Assembly (NCBI GenBank): GCA_009602725.1
Contig: WELB01000006.1
Span: forward strand, 656,991 to 720,748
Source of the DNA: Spirogloea muscicola
Lineage: Eukaryota
Length of the DNA: 63,758 nt
Direction of reading: 5' to 3'
Positions 1 to 10,981 of the stretch are shown one piece after another. Each line of letters begins with the position of its first letter. Within the stretch, counting starts at the first letter, position 1. The position numbers and the translations under genes are program-made. Under the pieces are notes generated by a model. It was not told the origin of the DNA. It was given only the letters and a program-made list of their open reading frames with translations, and ran no database searches.

Positions 1-218
1 TCAGACCTTGTCCATTCCTTTGGGCTAGCCTCTCCCGGCCACCAGCCAATGTGGCCGCGCTTTTCGTGGCGGTAATCAAATCTGAGCTTCCTATCTTATC
101 ATTGATCACCAGCACAAGCGTTCGGCCATAGCGGACCTTCGGTGTGCGTATGCGGCCCTGATTAGACATTAGGGTCAGTCGCTGTCTGCAAGTTGTCTCG
201 AGCCGTGGACCTGTTGCG

Positions 219-611
219 ATGGCCCGCAACGCCGCCGCCGCCGTTGATGCCAATGACAGCGGCGGCGGCGGCTCGGTCCGCCTCGGCCGCCTGCAGCTGC
301 CGTTGGAGCCCGTCGTGGACGCCTGCGAAGAGGTGTGGCGCCTGCCGGGCAGCCCCCGCTCGTCACATACCCCAAACCCAACTCGCAAAAGCGAGGATCC
401 ATAATTCCAACCTCAGATTGCAGTGTAGGCGAGCCGTCTTTCCGGAGCGCCTGATAGAGCGGTGCCGGCAGCGGCGCAGGTGATGCTGCGGTGGGGCCTG
501 CAGGACCCGCAGTCCGAGCGGCCCAACCGCTTTGTGGCCCAGGCGGCGCCGCACTTGGTGCTCGACGCCGCCGGCCAGCACCTGCGCGTCCTCCAGGCGC
601 CCTCGGCGCTG
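219..611 (+). pseudogene. 5' fragment (two exons, ~219-331 and ~479-611) of a METTL21-like (Methyltransf_16) protein-lysine methyltransferase; catalytic exons not found
   Basis: Spliced translation ...VRLG..VVDACEE|VMLRWGLQDPQSERPNRFVAQAAPHLVLDAAGQHLRVLQAPSAL resembles the recalled N-terminus of plant METTL21-like proteins (MLLWGIQQP..PNAFV.Q...L.LDACGH.L.ILQSPSS). A GT donor follows at 612, then telomere-like repeats and retroelement debris. Confidence 0.6.
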
Positions 612-633
612 GTGCGAGCCTCCAGCATCCGCT

Positions 634-770
634 CTAAGCCCTACCTATTCCTTAGACCCTATACCCTAAATTCTCAACCCTATTCCCTGAACTCTGAAGA
701 TTCCAAGCCCTTAAGCCGTCAAATATAAGCATAGGACCAACTTGATACAGCCCTAAACCTAGACCCTAAA
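634..770 (+). repeat. Degenerate interstitial telomere-like (CCCTAAA) repeats
   Basis: accctat, accctaaa, aaccctat, ccctgaa, ccctaaacctagaccctaaa variants. Confidence 0.65.
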
Positions 771-1322
771 GTGAAGTTTTTTGATTCACACCTATGCCTC
801 GTATCGAATCACCCGGCGGGTGATACCTTTTACCCCCTGGCCATGGACATCCATGGGTGTTACGGGGGTCGGTGGTCCTCGTTACTTTCGCTGCTGGCAT
901 CTCAAGCTGACCGCGGCGCCGGGAACAGGGTGCAGCCCTTCCCGGTGGCTCGGTGCCTTTGGGTCTTGTGTCCTGCTACCGTATGCGTTTGTCTATGTCG
1001 CTACAGCACTCCCAAGCGCTTGCTTTGCATCGCCGCGCTGGTCGTGCCCTTGCAGCAGCCTCTGGCTTGCGCAGCGGGGTTGCTCTTCCTCCCCTCAGCT
1101 CATCTGACTTCCTACTGCTGACACGGGGTTACCAAGAGCGCCCTGGCTGTCTAGCCTGTGGCTCCGTCATGAACACCTGTATGCATCTGGCTGGCTTTCA
1201 CAGCCGCTCTTTTAATATCAGCAGCCGCTTGACATTTCCCCTCTATACAATCCCTACTCACGCCATTCTCCGCCCTCGTCCAAGCTTCGGATAGAGGGGC
1301 ACAATCCAGACTGGTTACGGCA

Positions 1323-2220
1323 GTGGAAGATGAGCGCCGCAGAAGCTTGAGGAGGCTGCCAGAGATTCACAACAATCCAAGGAGCCTGGCAAGACTTACT
1401 TCCCTCGCCACACCTGGAGCCACAGACTGGATCACCTCACACGCCGTGGCCAGCGCCTTCAGCATCAGCTCCGAGGCCTTTCGGACGTCGCTTCAACTCG
1501 TCCTCGGCCTCCCACCTAACTGCCTGATTGGGGTGCGCCAGTGTGAGTGCGGCTTCCGCGCAGAGAGTGCTGAGCTCGCCACTCACATGCTGCAATGCCC
1601 CAACTGGACCAGAAGTGGTGGGCATCCACAACCTCCTCCGTGATGCTCTGGCGGGTTTGATGCGCGACACCGGGTACCGTGCGGTCGTGGAAGTGAACAA
1701 CATCATGCCTATCACCACGGATGCCCAGGGACGTCATCATCGCCGCACACTTGACATTGTGGGCGTGCAACCTGGTGGAGGACCAAGGGCTTTGGTCGAT
1801 ATTGTGGTTACGGAGGCCTATAATGGTCCTGCATCGACACACATCGCTGGCCACGCAGTGGGCAGTGCTGAACAAAGAAAGTTGCAGCACTACTCCGATT
1901 ACCCCGGATGTGATCAGCTCTTGCCAGCAGCAATCGACATCTTTGGCTGCTTAGGTCCTCGTTTCCTTACTCTCCTTCAAAACATAGCCAATCTAGGCTA
2001 CACACGACATGCAGATGTGTTCCCGGCTGAGATGGGCTTGCCAGCTGCTTATCTGTCGTTGTTGCGACGACGAGTTTCGGCCTGTTTGCAGCGTGCTCAG
2101 GCTAACGGTTTGCACCAGAAAGCTGGGCGAGCTCTAGTTGGTAGCAGAAGGGCTTCGTATCTGCCATCTAGTATCCAGGCATCGGTTAGCGACCTTTATG
2201 TTTTGACCCGTGGTTTCTGA
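1323..2220 (+). mobile_element. Longest + strand RLE retroelement ORF remnant (linker, zinc knuckle, endonuclease; frameshifted near 1620)
   Basis: ARLTSLATPGATDWI...FRTSLQLVLGLP..CECG..HMLQC...HNLLRD...RRTLDIV...DIVVT...RKLQHY...PAAIDIFG...SDLYVLTRGF*. Confidence 0.8.
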
Positions 2221-2282
2221 GCGGGTCAATCTACTGTAGGTTATGTAGGTCTTAAGATGTGCGTGCCTTTGTACTTGGCCAT

Positions 2283-2360
2283 TTGGCCTTCGTTTGTTTC
2301 AAATACACGAAATCTTCTTCCTCCGAACGGATGTGGCCTTCGTTTGTTTCAAATACACGT
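2283..2360 (+). repeat. Direct repeat of ~26 bp (TGGCCTTCGTTTGTTTCAAATACACG), period ~52 bp
   Basis: Two copies at ~2284-2309 and ~2335-2359. Confidence 0.75.
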
Positions 2361-4959
2361 AAAATTTTCCGGACGCTCGTTTGGGATGGCCTCCCACAGC
2401 CATGGCTATACATTGACTTTACCAGGAGATTTGTTTGAGTTTTGCAAGGCTCGAGCTGGCCTTCCCTTTCATTTTCAAGCGCACCGCCCGCCTTTCTTCT
2501 AGATTGAGAGAGAGAAGGGAGCAAAGGAAGACGAGTGGCTCGCCATTGAGGATATGGGCTGGGAATCGGCAGCCCAATAAAGAATGAAGGAAGAAGTGAG
2601 CACTTCCAGTAGGCAGCTAGCCTGTCGGATTTGAGGCCCCTCACCCTAGTTATTGAGTCGGCAGTCGCTGGCTGGGCCACCTCCATTGTTCATTCTTTTT
2701 GGGGCTGGCTTTTTCCCAGCCCCTATCCTCAATGGGCGAGCCCTTCTCCAGCAGCTACGAAAGCACTAAATAACCCCTGCGAAGCAGCCGCAGATCAGAG
2801 AAACTGGTCTCCTCGTAGCGAGTCCCCAGCTGAGTTCACCACTGATGTGGTCGACCCCTCCAATCCGGGGCTTTCTACCTCAGGTCTTCCGTATGCGCCT
2901 GGCGGTCTCGTTCCAACCTTGCCTACGCCGTCCACACGCGCGCAGGCCGTGCTATGGCTGCTGCCTCCGGGTCTCGGCGGAATGCCTCTTTCCCTGCAGC
3001 CGGATACACAGTTGCGATGGAGAATACGTCTGTCAAGCCAGTCCTCCAGAGGGCCGACGGACTCCACACGCGGCCGCGTTGACCTGGTGGCGTCCACCCC
3101 GGGCGGCGGCGGGCGCATCATTGCTGATGTGGTCACCACTGATGTGGTCGACCGCTCCAACCCGGGGCTTTCTGCCTCGCGGGCTGGCCACGCTGCGGCG
3201 AAGGCCGCTCGCAGCAAGGCGGCCAAACACGCCGACCACCCGGCTACCGATGAGTTCGTCCCCCTTGCTGTGGACGTGCACGGGGCTCTCGGGTCCCACT
3301 GGCTCGACCTGCTGGCCAGGCTTGCACGGCGCGCTGTGTCCCGCAGGCGCGGTGAGCCGGCTGACTTCAACGCCGCTGGCTCGTGGGCTCAGGTTTATCG
3401 TATGCGATTGTCCGGCTCCCTTCAGCGGTCCATGGCCCACGCCTTGCAGCTGCGTGCTGGCCGTGCTCTCGCTGCGGCCTCCGGCTTTCGTCAGGGGGAT
3501 ACTTTTCCGGCAGCTAGTCTGTCGGATTTGAGGCTCCTCACTCGTAAATACTGAGTGGTCCATCCTCCCCCGTTCTGCCATAGCCTCTTCAGGCCCCGTA
3601 GTCTCTGCTTCGCTCGTAGTTTGGCCCCTTAGAACGCTGTCGATTCTTCTTTACTGGCTGGCTTCTGACAGCCCTTGCCCCCATTGGGAGAGCCACTTCT
3701 TCTTTCCCTGCAGCGAGCTACTCTGACTTGATGTTGCTCACTCGCGGGTACTGAGCTTCCCTCTGCATCGTCTCGTATTTTGTAGTGTAGTTTTTTGGCA
3801 CCTCTTTCTTTGGCTTTGGACATTGTCCCTTCTTTCTGGGCTGGCTTTGCCAGCCCCTCTTTTCTGGGGCGCGCACTTTTTCTGCCTCGCGGGCGGGCCA
3901 CGCTGCGGCGAAAGCCGCTCGCTGCAAGGCGGCCAAACACGCGGACCACCCGGCTGGGGACAAGTTTGTACCCCTGGCCCCTTCTCGTCCTTTGTTCATT
4001 ATTTTTTGGGCTGGCTGTTTCCAGCCCCTATCCTCAATTGGCACGCCCTACTTCCTGGCCGAGGATGTGTCTCGGGTCCCAGTGGCTCGACCTGCTGGCC
4101 AAGCTTGCGCGGCGCACTGTCCCGCAGGCGAGGTGAGCCGGCTGAATTCAACGCCGCTGGCTCGTGGGCCCAGGTCTATTGCATGCGTTTGTCAGCCTCC
4201 CTCCAGCAGTCCTTGGCCCACGCCTTGCATCTGCGTGCTGGCCGTGCTCTTGCTGCAGCCTCTGGCTTTCGTCAGGGGGATTGTCTTCCGGCAGCTAGTC
4301 TGTCTGATTTGAGGCTCCTCACTCGTTGCTACTGAGCGGTCCATCTACACCGTTCTGACATAGCGCTTTAGGCCCCCTCCGTCATCTGGCCCCTTCGAAC
4401 CTTTGTCAATTTCTTTTCGGGCTGGCTTTTCAACAGCCCTTGCCCCCATTGGGAGAGCCACTACCTGCCAGTCCCAGCAGCTTGCCCGACAGGCCATCGG
4501 CGGCCGGGTCAGCCAAGGGAGCTGCCCGGCTTCAACGCTGCCGGCTCGCTTGCGCAGGTCTTCTGCATGCTGCTGTCAGTCTCTTTCCAGCGCTCCCTGC
4601 TCATGCAGTCCACTTGCGAGCAGGCCGCGCTATGCTGTTGAGGGTCTAGACGGAGTGCCTCCGCTGTGAGTTACTCCGACTTGCTGCTGCTCACTCGTGG
4701 GTACTAAGCTTCCATCTGCGGTCGTCTCGTGTCTAGCTGTGTGGGTTTTCTTTTCGGCACCTTCTGGCTCTCTGGACCTTGTCCATTCAATTTGGGCTGG
4801 CCTTTCCCAGCCGCAAACCTCCGTGGGCGAGCACTTTCTATTGAGTGGTTCATCCTGCCCCAGTTCTGAGCTAGCGCTTATGGCCCCTTCGTAGTCTGGC
4901 CCCTTCGGACCTTGTCTCGACTTTTCGGGCTGGCTTATCACAGCCCTTTACCCCATCGG

Positions 4960-6010
4960 AAGAAAGTGCTCGCCCATACAGAAGAGGGGCTGGCAAAGCC
5001 AGCCCAAAAAGAATGGACAATGTCCAAAGCCAAAGAAAGAGGTGCCTAAAAAGGACTGCATCTCAAAACACTACAATACACAAGACGATGCAGAAGGAAG
5101 CTCAGTACCCGCGAGTGAGAAACATCAGGTCGGAGTAGCTCGTTGCAGGGAAAGAGGCACTCCGCCGAGGCCCGGAGGCGGCGGCCACAGAGCACGGCCT
5201 GCTCGCGTGTGGACGGCGTATGCAAGGGAGCGTTGAAACGATACCGCCAGGCGCATATGGAAAACTTGGGCGAGCGAACCGGCGGCGTTGAAGCCGGGCA
5301 TCGCCTTTGGCAGACCAGGCCGCCGGCCTGACGGGCAAGCCGCTGGAGGAGATCCAGCCAGCGGCTGCCGAAAGCCCCGTGTACACCTGTCGTCAGGGCC
5401 GCGAACTCATCACCAACAGGGTGATCGGCACATTTTCGATCCTTGCCCCGGGCCGCCTGGCCGACCGCGTGCCCTGCAAACGACGCCGATCTGGTGGGAT
5501 TGGCGGAGTCGATGCAGTCAGTTGTCACCACATCGGCGATGATGCGGGCGCCGCCGCCGGCGGGATAGCGACCAGGTCGGCGCGTCGAGTGTGGGGCTGG
5601 CCGTCTGCGCCCAGCTGGATGGGCATTATTGAGGTGTTTTCCACAGCCACCTTGAAGCCCGCCTCCATTAAAACCCCCTGCATGTCATCTCGCAGGAGAT
5701 CATGGGAACCGGTCCGCGCGCCCCCGTGTGCGCAACGGAGCATATGCGCAGCCAGCTCCGCAGGGTCGGCGTGACGGGCACCACACTCGCACTGTGTGAC
5801 GCCCACGAGGCAGGGAGGGAGGAGGCCCAAGAGCCGGTGGACCGCCGTCGTGAAGACCTCATCGGGCATGGTGAGCGCCGCGTAGAGTGGGAGCGCTGAT
5901 GACCACGCCGCCAGGCCCAGGGGAGGAGGCTGAGAGAAGCCGGGCGCGCCCGCGAAGGTCAGACGCCGGCGCCAACACCGAATCGTCCAGCGCCTGCACG
6001 GTTCTCGAGA
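4960..6010 (-). mobile_element. Minus-strand RLE retroelement remnant with zinc knuckle and 3' UTR
   Basis: ARLLSASSPG..SALPLY..FTTAVHRLLGL..CECG..HMLRC..GARTGSHDLLRD..RRADLV..SDLMFLTRGY* followed by the shared hairpin UTR. Confidence 0.8.
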
Positions 6011-6411
6011 GCTCCCTGGCGTGGCCATACCGGAAAGCGCGGCGGACACTGGCCGCTCTGTCTCGCGATGGAGCTGCCTGCGAAGTGCGGCGACCGGCTG
6101 TAGCCGCAGCCATTGAAGCATCGTGCTGCAATGGACAAACGTCGATGGACAAACGCATGCGGCATACCTGGGCCAACGAGCCAGCGGCTTTGGAGTCAGC
6201 CTGCTCACCTCGCTTGCGGGACCCAGCGCGCCGCGCAAGCCTGGCTAGCAGGTCGAGCCACTGGGAATTCTGACCCGAGAGCCCCGTGCACATCCCACGG
6301 CCAGAGGAACGAGCTCGCCCCCGGCCGGGTGGTCCGCGTGTTCCATTGGGAACGTTGGTTGGTTCCAGACGGCGGGCTGGCCCGAAGACCAGCGGCCCCT
6401 AGTTGCTCGCC

Positions 6412-6472
6412 ATGACCGCCGCCGCCAACGCCAACGCCGCCGCCGCCGCCGGCCTCGCCGCCGGCGCCGCCG

Positions 6473-6529
<57 letters not shown>

Positions 6530-8204
6530 GGCGGCGGCGGCTGCGCGGCCGCTGTGGTTGCCCGGGAGCTCGCCGCCGCGGCACTTAGATGGCAGGTGAG
6601 CGGGCGAAGGGCTGAGAGATCAGGCGATCCATGGTCTGTCAGCGGCCTGCGACGGCGCCGCCGCCGTGGGGCCGCTGATCGCGCCGGCGTGCGCGGCGGC
6701 GCGCAGCCTGGCCGGGGACTACGGCTTCGACCCGCTGGGCCTCGGGGAGGACCCCGAGTCGCTGCGCTGGTTCGTCCAGGCCGAGCTCGTGCACGCCCGC
6801 TTCGCCATGGCCGGCGTCGCCGGCATCTTCGCCACTGATGTACGAGCGGGCTGCCGGCTCGGTCGTGGCACCAGCGGCCTGGCCGACGGCCTTCACGCTG
6901 GCACTGCTGCCTGCGGCGCCATCGCTCCGAGTACCTCCTCTGTCGGTCCCTTTCGATGACGGCGATGCTGCTGGCACCCTCGCGCCCTGCAGCTCCTGCG
7001 CATCACTGGGCTGAGTGACCTGCCAGTGTGGTACGAGGCTGGCGCTACGCACTTCAACGGCGTCAGCACCGAGAGCCTCTTTGTCATCCAGCTCATCCTC
7101 TTCGCGTGAGCTTCAGCCCGCCCACTTGAGTCTGTCGAGATCCACACCACAAGTGCCACAAAGCAGCCAGTGTGCCTGCACTCGAGTTCGTCGCATCTGC
7201 TAAAGCCCCGTCAAGGCTTGGGCCCTCCTCTATGATGAAGTGCTCCACGAGCATTTCACTGTGCTACCATTGAATTCCGCATCTGCAGTCTTTGTTGATC
7301 GCGTATTAAGTAGTGGTGCCACCTCTTTTTCTCAAGCTGAGGCTGAGGCACTACTTCTTAACTGAGGTTAAGAAGTAGTGATGCCACCTCTCAGACTCAA
7401 GCCTCACAGGTCAGAACTGCCCCGCTTGCTGCTGCTGCACCTTCCTGGCAGCTTTGTTGAGTGCAAGCGGTGGATGGACTTTGTCACGCCCCATTCGCAA
7501 GCCTCGGAGGACGCCTTCTTCTTTGGCATCGAGCCAGCCCTTGGAGGCTTGTCAAACGGGTATGTGTGGCACCCATGCTGACCGCTCTGTCTCAGTCCAA
7601 CTTCTGGCTTTCAGACTCATGTCGCCACGGGCTCCACTTTGACATCTCAGAGCTAAACCAGGGCCAGAGCACAGCTGAGGCACCCCAATCCCAAGTGCTC
7701 CAGATCTTGCCATCAGTTACACTGCTGCGCCTTTCAGGTACCCAGGCGGCCCCCTGTTCAACCCGCTTGGTCTTGCCAGCGACCCCACCAAGCCCCAGCC
7801 ACAGAGGTGGAAGGAGCTCAAAAATGGTGCGTTGGCAGACTAGCAGCCTTCACCTAGCTAGGTCAAGGAACTCTCAGCACCTTGTCTGGGCTCCAACACC
7901 CCCATCTCTCTATGATCTGCAACTGGCGGCCACGTGATCTCTTGACGTGTCAGAAATCACAAGATGCTCGAGGCAGTGTAGTTACCACCTCTCCTCTTCC
8001 TTTCGGGCGGCACTTGCTGCAACCTGCGTACTTAATCACTGCTTTGCTGGGTTGGCTACAGGGCGGCTAGCCATGCTGGCATTCCTGGGGTGTGCCATCC
8101 AGGCTTATGCTACTGGAGCAGGACCACTCGACAACTTATTACTCCACCTCAGCGACCCCTGGCACCATACTATCGTGCAAACCATTGCCTCCAGACTCGC
8201 TTGA
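6412..8204 (+). CDS. LHCA5: Photosystem I light-harvesting protein, Lhca5 type (exons ~6412-6595, 6707-6839, 6993-7105, 7452-7559, 7738-7826, 8062-8204)
   Basis: [116 protein letters not shown] junctions keep frame. Exon 1 is interrupted by poly-T filler. Confidence 0.9.
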
Positions 8205-8523
8205 CACTCGCCCTCGCAGCCATGAACCTCCACGCTGTGATACACATGCACGAAAACTATGTTCTCTGCCTCAACAAGGGCAACGAGTTGGCTGCTATAT
8301 TATTTGTAATGCTGTCAAATTAACCCCTTTATTGCTGTCAAGTCGATGGACTTGCATTGTTCGCAAAGCATGGCAAGCAGGGGGACTTCTGCAAGCCCTC
8401 ACGCCTTCAGGAATGCACATGATGCCAGACAGCTGGAAGCAGGCAAGCATCTGACAGACTTTATCTAGCTGCGCTTGCAGAGTACAGGGAGCCCACAGCG
8501 CAGGCGACTGCAATGACTACATG

Positions 8524-10257
8524 TTAGGAATGCATGTTGCCCTCCTCCAGGTCGTGAAGCCGAGCGAAGGGCATGGTGTCGCTCGGGTGTTCGTCCCACA
8601 GCATCCTTGCCGTCCTCACCGTCTGTTTCACTGTACACGCGGGGAGTATCAGCAGCGCAGCTAAGCAGCTGTTGTTGGGGAGTCAGCGACCACCTCCTCT
8701 GCACAGCTGCAGCAGGCAACTCACAAGACATTGAATCAATGTGGTACTCCAATACCAACAAGCAGGGCAGAAGTGCACTCACAGTCTTCGGTGTCAAGGA
8801 GCAGCTGGAAGTAGAAGGTACCAGCCATGGCTAAGCCTACAAGGATGACAGTGAGTCTCTGATGAGACTGACGACAGAATATGAGGTCCATGGGATGCGT
8901 TGAAGCAACAGCAGCTGGCTGACCTACGTGTGACAATGATCAGGCAAAGTCTCGTGCCAACTTCTGCAGCTGCTGCCACATGAGCTGGGTTGGGAATGAT
9001 ATGCAGGTTAGAAGGGAAAAGAGGGTGCCGTGCACCAAGGAGGGAGCCGGCAAGGACGTCAGTCCAGTGGTGCCGGTAGTCGTCGATACGGCTGATTCCA
9101 ACGGCAAGGGCACCCAGGAGCGGCAGGAGCACAAGCACGGACTTGTAGACAAAGCCTTTGCGGCTGTTCAGGTAGAGCTTGCTGGCCAGGTACAGCGACA
9201 GAAAGCCGAGCCCCGCGAATGTCCCTGTGCACAGGGCTCAAAGGCGGAGGAGCTGCGCGATGCTGAGCCACAGCTCGTGCCAGCATTGCAGGTGAGCAGG
9301 TTCCAGAGTGGTCGAAGCAGGAGGAGAAGGGGAGATACTGCGGAGGATGTATAGGAAGCTGCCCCCTACACGACGAGTGGCCGCTTGGGAAGCTCCGCCG
9401 ACCCTCGCGGACGACGCTTGGCTTCCCGCTGCAGAGCACGCTGCCGTCCTTAAATACCTGATCATCAAAATCGAGGAGCCCGTGCACAGTGCCTCAGCAG
9501 GTAACGTGAGAGCCCGACAACAGAGGTGACGGCGAGTGAGGTGCGTCCCAGTGAGGTAGAGGGGCACACGGACCGCGACGCCGTCTGGGAAGCAGCGCCA
9601 GAAAAAGTCTGGGCGGGGTCGTCCCGTGGACGCCTTGAGCGCGTTGGTCACCACGCCTGTAACGATCACCGCGGCGACCAGGCCTGCGGCGACAGACAAG
9701 CACGGTGTCGGGCAAAAGCACGGCCCATGTGACGTCTCGCCTGCTCGGTAGCACCAAGCCCGGCTCCGCTGTGAAGGCCACAATGGGCGCCCAACTCGAG
9801 GCGAGGAGGTGCGAGCCTTGCCGAGCGTGGCCTGGTGGAGGTCGCGCTGGTCCCGCGTGGCGGCGAAGACGGTGAGGATGACGACCAGCGGCGGCACCAA
9901 GGCAATGACCTGCTCAGGCACAGCGGCAAGGCCATCGCTCAGGAATTTGAGGCATGGGCGCCGTGGTATGGGCGCCGCAGCGAGCCTTGCAGAGCCACGA
10001 GAGAGAGCGGCGGCGGCGCCCACCGGGACAAGTGCCGAGGGCACGGAGTTGGGCTTGAGCGGGAAGGCGAGGCCGCGGAGGTCGTCCCGGCCGACGAAGC
10101 GCTCGAAGGGGGGCAGGGCGTTGAGGCCGGCGAGGAGCGCCGCGGTGGCGGCGAGGAGGAGCCAGTCCGGGAGGTGCTCCCGCGCCAGCACGCCGAGGCT
10201 GCGACCCCGTGGCGCCGTCGCAGCCGCCGCCGGCTCGGCGGCGACGGCGTCGCCGCT

Positions 10258-10260
<3 letters not shown>
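8524..10260 (-). CDS. LPP: Lipid phosphate phosphatase (PAP2 family), multi-exon
   Basis: [23 protein letters not shown] and [16 protein letters not shown] motifs; last exon inferred to end ...[11 protein letters not shown] at 8524. Confidence 0.9.
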
Positions 10261-10332
<72 letters not shown>

Positions 10333-10981
10333 NNNNNNNNNNNNNNNNNNNNNNNNNNNNNNNNNNNNNNNNNNNNNNNNNNNNNNNNNNNNNNNNNNNN
10401 NNNNNNNNNNNNNNNNNNNNNNNNNNNNNNNNNNNNNNNNNNNNNNNNNNNNNNNNNNNNNNNNNNNNNNNNNNNNNNNNNNNNNNNNNNNNNNNNNNNN
10501 NNNNNNNNNNNNNNNNNNNNNNNNNNNNNNNNNNNNNNNNNNNNNNNNNNNNNNNNNNNNNNNNNNNNNNNNNNNNNNNNNNNNNNNNNNNNNNNNNNNN
10601 NNNNNNNNNNNNNNNNNNNNNNNNNNNNNNNNNNNNNNNNNNNNNNNNNNNNNNNNNNNNNNNNNNNNNNNNNNNNNNNNNNNNNNNNNNNNNNNNNNNN
10701 NNNNNNNNNNNNNNNNNNNNNNNNNNNNNNNNNNNNNNNNNNNNNNNNNNNNNNNNNNNNNNNNNNNNNNNNNNNNNNNNNNNNNNNNNNNNNNNNNNNN
10801 NNNNNNNNNNNNNNNNNNNNNNNNNNNNNNNNNNNNNNNNNNNNNNNNNNNNNNNNNNNNNNNNNNNNNNNNNNNNNNNNNNNNNNNNNNNNNNNNNNNN
10901 NNNNNNNNNNNNNNNNNNNNNNNNNNNNNNNNNNNNNNNNNNNNNNNNNNNNNNNNNNNNNNNNNNNNNNNNNNNNNNNNN

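Larger units (their letters stand above)
808..6345. mobile_element. Cluster 1 of nested, 5'-truncated RLE-type non-LTR retrotransposon copies (CRE-clade-like), several subfamilies, both orientations
   Basis: Repeated ORF ends (..LSDLRLLTRxY*), CxC-H-C-H zinc knuckle (1541-1630; minus 5700-5800), RLE motifs R-x-D(L/I)V, DVVTT, K-x-x-K-H/Y, PLAxDxxG, shared 3' UTR hairpin, internal TSDs. No RT YxDD motif seen. Confidence 0.85.

Noticed and set aside
1323..2220. Stand-alone functional endonuclease gene or intact autonomous element
   Set aside because: It is frameshifted, has no start context and no RT domain in the window, which fits 5'-truncated retrocopies.
4791..4840. HDV-like ribozyme in the GGGCTGGC..TCCCAGCC..TGGGCGAG motif
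   Set aside because: The resemblance is superficial. The nested double-pseudoknot pairings could not be built, a simple hairpin explains it, and it lies at the element 3' end.
808..6345. CRISPR array or prokaryotic defence locus
   Set aside because: Repeats are irregularly spaced, belong to retroelement UTRs, have no cas genes nearby, and the context is eukaryotic.
6476..6527. Long poly-T/poly-A tracts (also 10260-10332, 41932-42053, 63637-63758) as retro-tails or poly-Phe/Lys coding
   Set aside because: They interrupt conserved exons and abut N gaps at extreme-GC gene starts, so they are most likely sequencing or assembly filler.
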